DNA of 64,000 nucleotides from Pelagomonas calceolata (Eukaryota). Shown here in pieces: positions 46,397 to 57,103 of the stretch. A program made the translations under genes and the position numbers. The stretch lies in assembly GCA_918797485.1 (NCBI GenBank), contig CAKKNE010000001.1, positions 310,001 through 374,000 on the forward strand, written 5' to 3'. How positions within the stretch are numbered: position 1 is the first letter of the stretch; each line of letters begins with the position of its first letter. Under the pieces are notes generated by a model. It searched no databases. It was not told the origin of the DNA and saw nothing but the letters and a program-made list of their open reading frames with translations.

Positions 46397-47587
46397 TCAC
46401 GTCGACAGGTCCGTGTCCGAGTCGTCCGCCGCGGGCGCGGGCGCCGCGGCCGAGAGGTCCGTGTCCGAGCCATCCGTGTCGGCGCCGGACCCGGGCCGGC
46501 AGACGAAGACGTCCTCGGCCTTCTTCCCGGCCTCCTCGAGGTCCGTGTCCGAATCGTCCGCGGGCGCCGCGGGCGCCTCGTCCTCGTCGGAGGACGTGTC
46601 CAGGATGCATTTCTTCTTTTTTTTCGGCGCGGGCGCGGGCGCCGGCGCCGGTTCGGCCTTCACCTTCGGCGCCGGCGGGGGCACGGGCGCGGGCGCCGGC
46701 ACGGGCGCCGGCGCCGCGTCCTCGTCCTCGTCCTCGTCCTCGTGCCAGGGCCCGACCTTCACGTGGCCGCTAAGCACGCGGCCCTCGGCGCCGGTCCGCG
46801 CGTTCCGCGCAAACCACCACGACTCGTTCGTCGGCCAGACCTCGAGGTTGTCGCCCGCGGCCAGGGCGAGCTGGTTGGCCGAGAGCGGCTCCCAGGCGTA
46901 CCGCGCCGTCGCGCGCTCCGCGCCCGGGCGCCCCGAGGGCTTCGCGGGCGCCTTCGGCCTCGGCGCCGGCGCCGGCGCCGGCTCAGGCTTGACCTTGGGC
47001 GCGGGCGCGGGCGGCGCCGCGGGCTTCGGCGCCGCGGGCTTCGCCGGGGATTTGCGCTTCGCCGGCGCCTTCTTCGCGGGCTTCGGCGGGGAGGCCGCCT
47101 TGCGCTTCTTCGCCGCGGGCTTGCGAGCCTCCTCATAATCAGAGGCTTCGTCGTCTTCGGACGACTCGGGCGCCGGCGCGGCGGCGTCGTAGTCGTCGTC
47201 GTCCTCATCGGATGGGACTGGGACCGGCCGCTTCTTCGCCTTCGGCTTCGCCGTCGGCTTCGGAGCTGGCGCCGGAGGCCGCAGGACGCTCTCCGTGACG
47301 AGCGACTCGACGACCTGCCGGATGTCGAGGTCCTCAACGTCGCCATCTAATTCCCCCACCAAAAACCGCACCTTAAATAACGGCGCGGGCTTGCCGTCCT
47401 CGTCCTCGTAGCAGTCCTCGACGGTGGGCGGCAGCCAGCAGTAGATCGTGCCGACGGACTGCGCCGTCGCCGACGTGCTGCGCACGACCTCGCGGCCGAC
47501 GAAGGCGTGGCCCTCGTCGGTCCAGCCCTCTTCTTTTTCCGCGCGGCTCATCTGCCAGAGCGCGCCGCTCTTTGTTGTGAGGGCCAT
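46397..47587 (-). CDS. SH3-domain protein with Pro/Lys-rich linkers
   Basis: ATARYAWEPLSANQLALAAGDNLEV....SWWFAR....EGRVLSGHV. Confidence 0.75.
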   Translation of the reverse strand: MALTTKSGALWQMSRAEKEEGWTDEGHAFVGREVVRSTSATAQSVGTIYCWLPPTVEDCYEDEDGKPAPLFKVRFLVGELDGDVEDLDIRQVVESLVTESVLRPPAPAPKPTAKPKAKKRPVPVPSDEDDDDYDAAAPAPESSEDDEASDYEEARKPAAKKRKAASPPKPAKKAPAKRKSPAKPAAPKPAAPPAPAPKVKPEPAPAPAPRPKAPAKPSGRPGAERATARYAWEPLSANQLALAAGDNLEVWPTNESWWFARNARTGAEGRVLSGHVKVGPWHEDEDEDEDAAPAPVPAPAPVPPPAPKVKAEPAPAPAPAPKKKKKCILDTSSDEDEAPAAPADDSDTDLEEAGKKAEDVFVCRPGSGADTDGSDTDLSAAAPAPAADDSDTDLST

Positions 47588-47941
47588 CGCTGTGCGCTGA
47601 GCTGGGGTGATTTTGCTCTCACTGAGTCTCAGGTGGCTGCAGGGTTGTGCTCTATGCCGCGGCGTTGACAGCGGAGCTGTCGCAGGCGCGTTTGCGAGCA
47701 GCGAACCGACCAAAGCACAGCGTTATCGTCACGCGCGCGCGTAGGCCACCTAAACCCGTTTAAAAATCAAAAAGCTTCCGGTAACTCGCGGGTTTACATC
47801 GCGCGCCATCTGCGCGCAAGCGGCTAATATCGACACCTGGCACCTCATTGCTAGCGCAAGAAGGCCTGACAGCACGCACGCAGCGGCCACCGCGAAGAAA
47901 CGCGCCACAGATTGCCCAGAGACGCGCCAAGCACAAGCACC

Positions 47942-48655
47942 ATGGCCGAGCTCGACGCCATCCTCGGCAATGATGAAGGCGGCATGGACATGGACATGGG
48001 CGGCACTAATCAAGGCGCGCCGCGGCGGAACCCGGCGTACGAGCAGCTCTTAACCGCGTGGCGGTCGGAGCAGGCCTGCCCGGAAGTGCTGCCCTGGCGC
48101 GGCGATTTAGTAGATGCTTTATTAGATGCGGCGGAGCAGCAGGAGGCCATGGTCAAGGCGACGGTCGAGCAAGGGGGCGACGTCGACGAGTGCTTGTTTT
48201 CGGCGCCGTTGTACGAGAGCGAGCTCGCGCGGTGCCGTTTTGTGGTTGGTTCGTACGTGCGCTGTCGACTACGTAAATTAGAAAGACAGTGCGGGTACAT
48301 CATCGCGGACGACGACGCCTACGGTCGTCTCTCAGACGCCGAAAAGACGCACGCCGTCAAGTACTTGGATTTGATCGAAAAGCACCACCGCGCGTCGTTA
48401 CTCGAAGATCTACCGGAACCCTTCCGCGACGAGCGCAAGGACGGCGACGAGGCCTGCCCCGAGGTGTTGGCCAAAGCTATTTCCAAAGCTCCGGCGTTGG
48501 ACCGCTTCGTCTTCATCAAGGCGAACAAGGACCTGGGGGACGTGCAGATCGATAGTAGTGGCGAGACGGCGTTCATCTCGAAGGGCGACACGCACGCGCT
48601 GCGCTACGGGCCCGTGCGGGATTATGTGCTGGACGGGAGCCTGAGCCTCGTCTAA
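47942..48655 (+). CDS. SLD5: GINS complex subunit 4
   Basis: AWRSEQACPEVLPW, ELARCRFVVGSYVRCRLRKLE, P.LDRFVF, HALRYGPVRDYV..G..SLV. Confidence 0.88.
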   Translation: MAELDAILGNDEGGMDMDMGGTNQGAPRRNPAYEQLLTAWRSEQACPEVLPWRGDLVDALLDAAEQQEAMVKATVEQGGDVDECLFSAPLYESELARCRFVVGSYVRCRLRKLERQCGYIIADDDAYGRLSDAEKTHAVKYLDLIEKHHRASLLEDLPEPFRDERKDGDEACPEVLAKAISKAPALDRFVFIKANKDLGDVQIDSSGETAFISKGDTHALRYGPVRDYVLDGSLSLV

Positions 48656-48852
48656 GTATCTTATGGTTCTCCCCCGGGCTGGTCGACGCGACGCCCTGGA
48701 GCCGGCCGCTTGCGGTACCTCCTCAAACTGGTTACGTCCCGAACTGACGCATCACCTACCCGACCGGTCAAAACCGCGCGCGCGGCTGGTACGCCACGGT
48801 GACGCACTCGGGGTCCCGTGCGAGAGGGGCTAGCCCAATAAGCAACATTCAG

Positions 48853-50213
48853 CTAAAGAATCCTTACTGCCGGTGCCATTTCGACCTCCGCCCGCAACAC
48901 GACCGCGTCGTCCTTCACAAATCCTAAAGCCTCGACCTGCGTCAGGACGACGTGCGCTAGCGCCGCCGTGCCCGCTGATGTCGAGATCTTCTTCACCAAG
49001 TCGGCCTTGGCGCCGAAGACGCGTTTCCCCTCGTGGCGGCGCGTTAGGTGCGCGCCGCCGTCCTGATGTAATAATGACAGTTCTAAGGCAGCCACCTTGG
49101 CCGTGGAATCGGGCGACGGCGCCGCGTAGTGCACGTATAAAGATACAAATCCGGGCCGCTCCTTCTTGATACCGCCCTTGTAGAGGTCGAGGGACCAGGG
49201 CGCGGGCCCGGGCGGTCTATAACGAGCGCCTTGCCGGAAGCCGGCCGGCAACGAGGACCAGCGTTCGACCCTCCAAGTGACGACATGCACGTCCCGCCCA
49301 TCGGACGTCTTTCTAAGTGAAGCGCCCGACTTGAACGTCTTGGGCGACTCGGAGCTATACCCGTAGTCGCGCCAGGTAGCCGCGCGACTCGCCTTCCGCC
49401 GGTGTTAAGCCGGCCGCATCTAATCTACCTTGCCGTTCTCGCTCCGTCCAGAGCGCCTTGTGCGCGCCGCAGGGGCACTCGAGGCGTCATTTTCGAAACC
49501 TTTCTCTAAACCAGTCCGTGAACGCGGGCCCACCGACGCTCGTGAAGCCGCCCTCCCGCTCGATGTACGACGCCATGGCCGCGTCGTCGGCGGCCAACGC
49601 TCTCGCCTTTAATTGTTGCCACGACGGCGCGCGCCGGCCGGCGCCGCAGCGCCCTTCGATGAGAGTCGTCCCGCGCCCTTCTAGGTGCCGGGGGCGGCTG
49701 TGTACGTCGAGGCTGCGCACTGACAGCTCGTCTTGGAGGTGGAGGCTGTTGCGCCAGACGGGCCGCCGCGTCTCGGGACAAGTCCCGGATGCGAGGCGCA
49801 TCATCACCACGCGCAGAACGACGACCTCTTTCCCTATGTTTGCCCGCCCGCTTCTCGGCCTCCCGCCGCTCCGCATACGTCATTTTCTTCTTCGCAGGTT
49901 CCTTCTCCCTCGCCTCCTTCATGGCCAACCAAGAACTTCGGGCGGACGTGTCCCGCGTCGACGGTCGTGATGCCCTTGCTGATGATGAATAATCTTTGGA
50001 GTCACTTCTTTCGCGAGACTTCGACCGAAAGAACGACGCCGCGCGCGCCACGCGAGACTTCGACCGCGCCGGTCTTTCTGAAGACCCGAGCGTCTCGTCG
50101 ACCATGGCGGCAAAAGCAGCATCGTCCAGGGAATCCTTGCGCTTCTTCTCCTTCGATCTATGTAAAGCTAAGTCGAACGAGAACTTGCGGCGGGGGCTGA
50201 GCGCGCGGAGCAT
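48853..50213 (-). CDS. MATH/TRAF-domain protein (frameshifted 5' part)
   Basis: VTWRVERWS..WSLDLYKGG..FVSLYV..GFVKDDAVVLRAEV. Confidence 0.6.
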
Positions 50214-50472
50214 GGTGCCGTCGATTTCGTGTGACGCTGCGGCGGCGGCGTGTCTCACAGGTGGTCTCCGCCAGCCGTCCGCGCGTCGGCGGTGTTTAAT
50301 TGGTTCTCTGAAAGCACCGGGTGCAAGTGAGAGCCCTTTGTTGCGGTGCTCGGTGGCAGCGCTGCGTGGTCTGGCGTTTTATGGCTTCTCGGGGCCTCGC
50401 ACCGGGCACGATTTGGAGCTCAGCGGTGGATGCTGGAGGTCAATTCCCGCCGATTTTCGAGCACCGCTCAAG

Positions 50473-50494
50473 CTAGCGGTATGTAAGACACTAG
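50473..50494 (+). promoter_or_regulatory. CTAG-bounded intergenic motif
   Basis: ctagcggtatgtaagacactag, between divergent genes. Confidence 0.65.
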
Positions 50495-50646
50495 GCACAG
50501 GTTTTTCCGGCCGCATCCGTCGCGTAAAGCCTCTAGGCTCGTCGCAGTGGCCGTGCAAGCGACGCAGAGAAACCTGCTGCGACTTCGTTGCTGGGGCAGC
50601 GCCCACGAGCATCCATACGCGGCGGGGCAGCACCCCCACTCAAAGC

Positions 50647-51267
50647 ATGCCGCCGAGGCGACAGCGGCAGCGCAAGGCAGCCACGCCCGCGGCCACAAAC
50701 GGGGCGCCGCCGCGGCCGGCCGCGCCCAGCAGCGAGGACGAATTACTGCGACGGGCCATGGAGGAGTCGCGCCGGACCGCCGCCGCCGCGCCGCTCTCGG
50801 AGGACGCCGAGCTGCAGCGCGCCCTCGCCATGTCGGCGCAATCTTACACGGCGGAGCAGAGCCAGCGCAAGGCCTACGAGCGCTACGCGGCGCCGGCGGG
50901 CGCGGTGCGGGCACCGCGACACGCCGCGCCGCCGCAGCCGCCGGCCAGCGCCGACCTGGCACCCCTCCACGCGCTGCGGCAACGGGCCGAGCAGGCCGTG
51001 TCCGAACGACGGCAGCGCGAGGCCAAGCTCGCCGAGTTGGCAAGACGGCCGCCGGCCATCCAAGCCGCGCCCGACGTCGCGCGGCTCATGGACGAGCTTG
51101 GTCTGTCGCACTTCCTGCCGCTACTCCTCGCCGAGGAGGCCGCGGACATGGAAACGTTGATATGTCTGGAAGCAGGAGACCTGAAGGATCTGCTCCTGCC
51201 GCTCGGGGCGCGGACGAAGCTTTTGTATGCGCTCAAGCACCCGGACTGGCGGCCCAGGTATAAGTAA
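50647..51267 (+). CDS. Protein with two UIMs and a C-terminal SAM domain
   Basis: SEDELLRRAMEES and SEDAELQRALAMS; LMDELGLSHFLPLL...DLKDLLLPLGARTKL. Confidence 0.75.
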   Translation: MPPRRQRQRKAATPAATNGAPPRPAAPSSEDELLRRAMEESRRTAAAAPLSEDAELQRALAMSAQSYTAEQSQRKAYERYAAPAGAVRAPRHAAPPQPPASADLAPLHALRQRAEQAVSERRQREAKLAELARRPPAIQAAPDVARLMDELGLSHFLPLLLAEEAADMETLICLEAGDLKDLLLPLGARTKLLYALKHPDWRPRYK

Positions 51268-51300
51268 CAACAGATTAGCTTAGATACAGGACGGCGACGC

Positions 51301-52544
51301 CTAGAACGCCGCGAGCGACGACTGCGACGCCGTCCGTAATGGCGGCGCGGCGAAGCGCTCGCGCAGCCACCGCACATAAGGCCGCTCGACGTGGACCTCG
51401 TACAGCGCCGCCAGCATATACAGCGTCAACGCGAAGGCCACGAAATTCTCCGCGTGATCGCTCGTGGGCAGGCCGAGGCCGTAGAAGACGGCGTGGACGG
51501 GCCACTGGAAGAGGTAGACCTCGAAGGAGCACTTGCCGATTGATGACAAAGCGGGATGGGCAAAGAGTTTTGATGCTTTCGAGGCTGCGGCCGTGTCGCG
51601 CGCCGCCGCCCACAGAAATACGGCGAAGAGCGGCGCTAGCCCGTGGTCGTACAGGACCTCGCCGTGCTCGCGGTAGTCCAAGTGCGGGTTCGGGACGAGG
51701 AGCACGGCGAGCGTTATGATGAAGACGGCGCCGTCCGCGAGCCAAGCCGTGTTTTCTCTTGACGAGCGAGCCGCGAGCTCGGCACTGACGCAACCCAACA
51801 GAAAATCCGCCAACTGCGCCGGCGGCCAGAGGTAGAGCGCCGTGTGGGCGGAATTGTTGAAGTAGGCGCCCGCTCTCAAGCCACCGGAGACGAATAGCAA
51901 CGCTATCAAAGACGGTACGATTGCGAGGACGACCGCCACGACCATCAAATGCCGTCGCTCGTAGAGGAACGGGTCGTAGAGCACCGGATAGAGGAGCCAC
52001 GACGGCGCAAGGGCCGCGACCGTCCAGGACTGGCCGTCGGGGCACCACCGGTTCGGGGACCGCCACCTGTGTGGAAATCAAGTCGCGTCGATGGCGTGGG
52101 GCGCCCGACATTTGATTTCCACACAGAACGCCACGGTTCTACGAGAAACGCACAAAGCGTCAGGTGCATCGCGTCCAGGTCGCCGTTCCCACCCAGATAC
52201 AATAGGATAGCGGACACGCCCATGGCCAGCCACACCGCCAGGAGCACGCGGCCGAAGCGCCGCCCGTACCAGCGCTTGGCGTCAGGCCAACGATTCGCCG
52301 ATTGCGAGAATTTACCGCGCGCCGCCCAGTGCGTCACAAAACCGCTCAGCACGATGAAGTAGTCCACGGCGCAGTTGCTCCGCCAGAGGCTCTTTACCAA
52401 CGGGCCGTCGCTCGAGTGCGGTAAGAAGTGCTGGCACACGATCCAGAGCGACGCTAACCCGCGCGAGCCGTCAACAAAAGGTAGGCGCTTGCGCGGCGGC
52501 TGGGTCTCGGCGGTGGGTTGTTGCGGGATGGCGTCGTAGGCCAT
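51301..52544 (-). CDS. Acyltransferase-3 (OafA-like) membrane protein; exons 52544-52135 and 52066-51301
   Basis: DGSRGLA...H, AVDYFIVLSGFV, RRFGR, SWT, IGKCSFEVYLFQWPV, VERP. Confidence 0.88.
52067..52134 (-). mobile_element. Introner copy 10 (68-nt GT-AG intron; element 52067-52126)
   Basis: TSD accgccac/aacgccac (7/8); perfect 15-bp TIRs; removal restores VEPWRSPNRWCPDGQSWT. Confidence 0.92.
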
Positions 52545-52971
52545 CTTGTTATTTGAGAGTTGTGCGGTGCACGGCGCCGACCGCAGCGAGGCGGCGGAGA
52601 GCTGGCAAGTGAGAGCTGCAGTGGTGCTGACGCTTGCGCGGCTCGGCACGTGGAAAGCGATGGTGGCAATGGCCTGTGCACTGGCGAGACTACGATGCCC
52701 GGCGTAGAGCGTCCGACGACCACTTGTGGCCGAGTTTGAGCTGTCTAAAGCCGCGCCCAATGCGAAGGCTAGTATATCTATAGACGCTAGCAACGCCATC
52801 GGCGCAAAAGCAAGCAAACTCGACTGTGCGCAGGCAAGCGCCGCGTTCAGACGCGCCACCGGTCCTTCCAGACCGCTAACCGACGTTGCACGCGTCGCCG
52901 CCGCCGCCGCGCACCGCTGTGCCCCGCTTGACTCGAGCGAGGCAGCGCCAGCCGCCGCGGCACCGCAGACC

Positions 52972-53616
52972 ATGTTCCGCCAGCGCTCGTCCGGCGAGAT
53001 TCCCATGCACCACTACGGCGGGCGACCAGCTAGGGCCTCCTTCCGCACGCCGCGTTTACCAAGTTGCGCGACGGGCGGGTCGTGGGCGTGGCTCGTCATT
53101 TCACTGGCGGTGATTGTGTGGGGCATCCGCTTCCTCAGCCAGCCGACGGATCTGAGACATTTGAAGTGCCCCAGGGATCGCGAGGATTTGTGTGAGCTCG
53201 TAGTCCTCACGGAGGATGAAGATCGAGTGGTCCACACGTTCCCGGGCAAGGATTTACTCAGGGCCGAGGCTATCAGGGTAAGGAGGGGCCGGGCGGTGAA
53301 CCCGAAGAACATGCGGCGGAAGCAGGTGCGGAAGTTGGGCTACTCGTTTCAATTAGTGGTGCGCCTGGACGACGACGGGCGCGAAGCGAGACACGTCATG
53401 TCCTACGGGTCCGTCGGTAGGAGCGACTCAAAATCACGTGTCTCCGAGATCCAGGAGTACGTCACGAATAGTGATGTGAGCGGCCTGGACGTCTACGAGT
53501 CGTCGGGCGTGTCCGCGGTCGGCATCCTGCTGGTCATCTACGGCGCCTTCTCGCTCATCTTCTGCCTCATCCTGGGCCAGTTCTCGGAGCCGCCGCCGCC
53601 GCGGAAGCGGCGCTAG
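52972..53616 (+). CDS. Hypothetical two-TM protein
   Basis: ATG ORF with two hydrophobic segments. Confidence 0.65.
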   Translation: MFRQRSSGEIPMHHYGGRPARASFRTPRLPSCATGGSWAWLVISLAVIVWGIRFLSQPTDLRHLKCPRDREDLCELVVLTEDEDRVVHTFPGKDLLRAEAIRVRRGRAVNPKNMRRKQVRKLGYSFQLVVRLDDDGREARHVMSYGSVGRSDSKSRVSEIQEYVTNSDVSGLDVYESSGVSAVGILLVIYGAFSLIFCLILGQFSEPPPPRKRR

Positions 53617-53622
53617 TTGTGT

Positions 53623-54063
53623 TTAACTTGATAACTTTAACGCCGACGCGACGTGCGCCGGCCCGCCTCCATTATAAGCGTCGTAGCCGGCGTCGCGTAG
53701 AAGTCCGGCCGCCTTGCCGCCGCGGCCGCCCGAGCCGCAGTGCGTGACGACCGGCCGATCGCGGGGCAGGGCGAGGCCCGCCGCGGCGACGGCCGCGAGG
53801 AACTCCTCCTGCGTCGTCGGCCGCTCGCTCTGCCTGGCACCGTCGATATTGAGGGGGACGTGCACGGCGCCCGGGACCGACGCCGGCGGGCCGCCCTTGC
53901 CGGCCGCGACCTCCGCGGGGTCGCGGACGTCGAGAATCACAGGATCGTCCAAGCCCGCGAGGACCACGGCGTCCGCGACGTTCGAGGCGAAGCGGACCGT
54001 GAGCAGGCGCCGCGTGCCGCGCGGCTGCGCCGCGAGGGCGGCGAGGGCGCGGACGATACGCAT
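53623..54063 (-). CDS. Single-domain rhodanese / sulfurtransferase
   Basis: VILDVRDPAE, PGAVHVP, active loop CGSGGR. Confidence 0.85.
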   Translation of the reverse strand: MRIVRALAALAAQPRGTRRLLTVRFASNVADAVVLAGLDDPVILDVRDPAEVAAGKGGPPASVPGAVHVPLNIDGARQSERPTTQEEFLAAVAAAGLALPRDRPVVTHCGSGGRGGKAAGLLRDAGYDAYNGGGPAHVASALKLSS

Positions 54064-54210
54064 TGAGATGGGGTGCAGCCCCTTGTCTGTCGTGTTGATG
54101 TGCCACAAGCGCTTCCGCGGCGTCGAGGCGTGCACAGTATGTCCGATTTTGTAGCAATGCTAGCGCTGGCGGCAAGGGAGGCAAATTGAGGCTGCCCACA
54201 CAGCAAAAAC

Positions 54211-54265
54211 AACACGGAGAGCAGAAGCAGATGCAAAACACGGAGAGCAGAAGCAGATGCAAAAC
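54211..54265. repeat. Perfect 26-bp tandem duplication
   Basis: aacacggagagcagaagcagatgcaa x2. Confidence 0.85.
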
Positions 54266-54546
54266 GCCTCACCCATCCTAGAAAAACATCACCTCTCGGC
54301 GCTTGCTCGCGACAAATGCCCGCATTGGCACGACGAGAAAGCGAATCGCATCTCTGAACCTGACTGAGAGCGCCGCGCTCCAGCCAAACTCACGGGCCGC
54401 GACGTTTGCTGCGCGCGGCCTTTGTGAGCGCACACGCACTAGGCTTTCGCTGCGCGCGGGGCAGCCCGCGACCTTTGTGAGCGCACACGCTCCCTTGGTG
54501 AGGGGCAGCCCGCAACCTTGCCAGGGCCCAAGCGGAGAGCGTCACG

Positions 54547-55235
54547 ATGCCCGCCGGCGCCGCCGAGGACTTCGTGGCGAAGTGCCGGGAGCACAAGCTG
54601 GACTTCGTGGTCTTCGTGCGGCACGCGTCCTCGGCGCCGCTGCACGCGGGCGCCGCGAAGCGCGCGGAGAAGCCGCACGACTGGAAGATCGCGACCAGAT
54701 GCGCGTGCTCACGCAGAAGGGCAAGGACCAGTGCGCGGCCGCGGCCTGGTTCCGCGAGCTGGACGTGCGGGCGGCGCTCACGTCGCCGGCGCGCGCAGCG
54801 CCCGAGACGGCCATGCGCATGACGGACCGGACCGAGACCGAGGAGCAGAAGGTGGGCTCTATATATTTACGCATGGTCGCCGGCGTGCACCCGGCGGGCA
54901 TGAGCGAAACCTGCGAGGCGCTCTTCGAGACCATGGGCTACGGGCCGCGCGCGCCTTCTTCTTCGAGGCGGCGGGCGGCGAGGACGCCTTCCAGGCGTAC
55001 GGCGACGCCGTCTGCGCCGAGCTCGCCGCCGCCGCGGTGCCCGCCGGCGACGGCGGCGGCCTCGCCGTCTTCGGCCACGCCGTCTTCCTGAACGCGATCG
55101 CTTATAAAGTAGCGCAAGCAGCGGGGGCGCGTCCGACGACGCGCGAAGGCGGCGCTGCTCGACATGGACCTGGGGGAGACGCAGGGCATCCGCGTGTCGA
55201 TGAGCGGGGACGTGGCGAAGTACCCGCTCGCGTGA
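54547..55235 (+). CDS. Histidine phosphatase (PGAM-like) family protein, several frameshifts
   Basis: FVRHA, then RVLTQKGKDQC..LTSP, then AVFGHAVFLN, each in a different frame. Confidence 0.6.
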
Positions 55236-55420
55236 GTCTATTAACAGTATGGTTTATTGATACGCGGTCTCCGTCCGTTGCGCGTCAACGGCGTCCGGGG
55301 GTGGCGTCGATTGGTCGTCGTCGGACTCGTACACGTGACTGTTTGCGTTGCGTAGGCGTCGCGCGAGGACAGCTTTCTGTTGGGGCAGCCCGGAAGGCGT
55401 CGAGCAGGCATTGCCGATTG

Positions 55421-55442
55421 CTAGTGCCTTACAGCCCGCTAG
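55421..55442 (-). promoter_or_regulatory. CTAG-bounded intergenic motif
   Basis: Reverse complement is ctagcgggctgtaaggcactag, upstream of the MFS gene. Confidence 0.6.
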
Positions 55443-55676
55443 CCACGCGGGATTAACTTGCAATCAACTTGCGGCTGCGGGCTTGGAATTGCCGTAGAGC
55501 TGGTTGTTGACGTACGCAAGTACACCTAGCACGTAATCGACCGCGTGGAGCAGAAATCCGCAGTCCAGGTGCCTGAACAGCCAAAAACCAAGCTTGCACT
55601 GCAGTGTGAGGTGGTGACTGCGCACGAAGACAGCGCGAAACAGCAGACCATGTGCAAACCCCCAAAAACAACAGAA

Positions 55677-56918
55677 ATGGACGCCGACGCCGCCGCCGAG
55701 CACTGGGCGAAACGCGCACTGTCAATTGGACTGCTGCGGTCGGTCAGCGGCATGGTTTTGACACCTGTGGTACCGGGCATCCTCAAAAGCGCGCTGGGCG
55801 GCGACCAAGCCAGAGTCGCCATGTACCAGGCCGACTGGATTTTCTACGGGAGCGCGATCCAGTTAATCATAGGGCCGGTCTGCGGCGCTATTGGTGATGG
55901 TAAACTGGGAAGGAAGCCCATCCTCGTCGCGTGTGCGTTGCTGCAAGCCTTGGGGGCGTGTGCCGTCCTCGCGGCCCACGAAGGATTGCTCGGGCCCTTG
56001 CAGCTCTGGTCCGCGTGGTTATTGAGGCAAGTGGCCACAGTGGCCGCGATGACCACCACCAGTGCATCAATATCAGATGCGTACGCCCACGACCGGACGA
56101 AAATCGCCAAGACCGCGGCGCGCTTGGGCGGCATGCAGATGGGCGTCGGCATGCTGTTGGGGCCTGCTTTAGGCGCCACAATAGCGTCAAAATACGGCCC
56201 GCGCGGCACGGGCGTCGTCGCCATCCTCGGGGGCGTGCTGGCGTTGCTCGGTCAATTGGTGTTGGTGCCCGAGGCCGGCGCCGGAACACGTACGAAGACG
56301 GAGGTCAAGAACCCGTTCGTCGCGCCGCTACGACTCTTCAGCGAAGGCGCGCCGTTGCGGTATCTCGCCTGCGCGTCATTATGCCAAGCGCTGTGTCGCG
56401 GCGAGTCGGCGGTCTACTCGCCGTTCATGGTCGATATTTGGGGGGCCGGGCCGAAGGGACTCGCTCTCACGATGACCGTGGTTGGAGCGACGTTCGCGGC
56501 GTCCCAGGCTCTACTTGTAGGACCCCTGGTCAAGAAATTTGGCGCGGCCGGCGCTCTGAGACTGGGCTACGCGTGTAGCACCCTACAAAGGGTCATATGG
56601 TCGTACTACACGCATCCCGGGGTCATGCTTGTAGGATTGGCCCTGGGCTCGCCGGGCTTCGGCGCCGATTCGATCATCCAGCAGCTCGCGCTGGATTATC
56701 ACCCTTCCTCGACACCACCGCGCGGCGAGCTCGCGGCGTCGTTCTCGTCCTTAGGCACGCTGGGTGTGTTGGCGTCCTCGAAAGTCTTAGGTGGGCTCTT
56801 CGCCTGGGGGGCGCCGCTCGGCTGGCCCGGCGCGCCTTTTGCGGTCGGGGCGGCGGCGTCTTTTTGTGCTTTTTCTTGCGCTTCCCTTGGAGCGCGGGCG
56901 AAGGCGAAGACTGCATGA
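55677..56918 (+). CDS. MFS transporter (TetA/MFSD14-like)
   Basis: GAIGDGKLGRKPIL motif A, GMLLGPALG motif C, about 12 hydrophobic segments. Confidence 0.85.
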   Translation: MDADAAAEHWAKRALSIGLLRSVSGMVLTPVVPGILKSALGGDQARVAMYQADWIFYGSAIQLIIGPVCGAIGDGKLGRKPILVACALLQALGACAVLAAHEGLLGPLQLWSAWLLRQVATVAAMTTTSASISDAYAHDRTKIAKTAARLGGMQMGVGMLLGPALGATIASKYGPRGTGVVAILGGVLALLGQLVLVPEAGAGTRTKTEVKNPFVAPLRLFSEGAPLRYLACASLCQALCRGESAVYSPFMVDIWGAGPKGLALTMTVVGATFAASQALLVGPLVKKFGAAGALRLGYACSTLQRVIWSYYTHPGVMLVGLALGSPGFGADSIIQQLALDYHPSSTPPRGELAASFSSLGTLGVLASSKVLGGLFAWGAPLGWPGAPFAVGAAASFCAFSCASLGARAKAKTA

Positions 56919-57103
56919 TTTTGTGTGTCGACCGAAGTAAGTTTCTTTCGCATTACTTCATGACGCGCCGACGGCGTGCTGCTGGGCGTAGAGCCCCCCC
57001 GCGCCATGGGCGCGGCACCTCCTTGCGCCGTCGCCCCGAGTGTTACGAAGCGTCGAAGGAGACAAGGAACGAGAACCTAAAGTTAAACCCCGAAGACAAC
57101 GAC

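Noticed and set aside
45160..48780. Short shared word acct(a/g)cccgaccggtc at about 45189 and 48754
   Set aside because: Only two short copies with no extendable alignment; too weak to call a repeat family.
17480..55150. Frameshifts in PIF1 (about 17485), desaturase (about 46127), His-phosphatase, EF-hand, MATH, C2 and other genes, read as programmed frameshifting or pseudogenes
   Set aside because: They are scattered single-base indels, mostly in GC-rich or homopolymer stretches, with intact motifs on both sides and no shared slippery signal. Sequencing or assembly error is the simplest explanation; raw reads would settle it.
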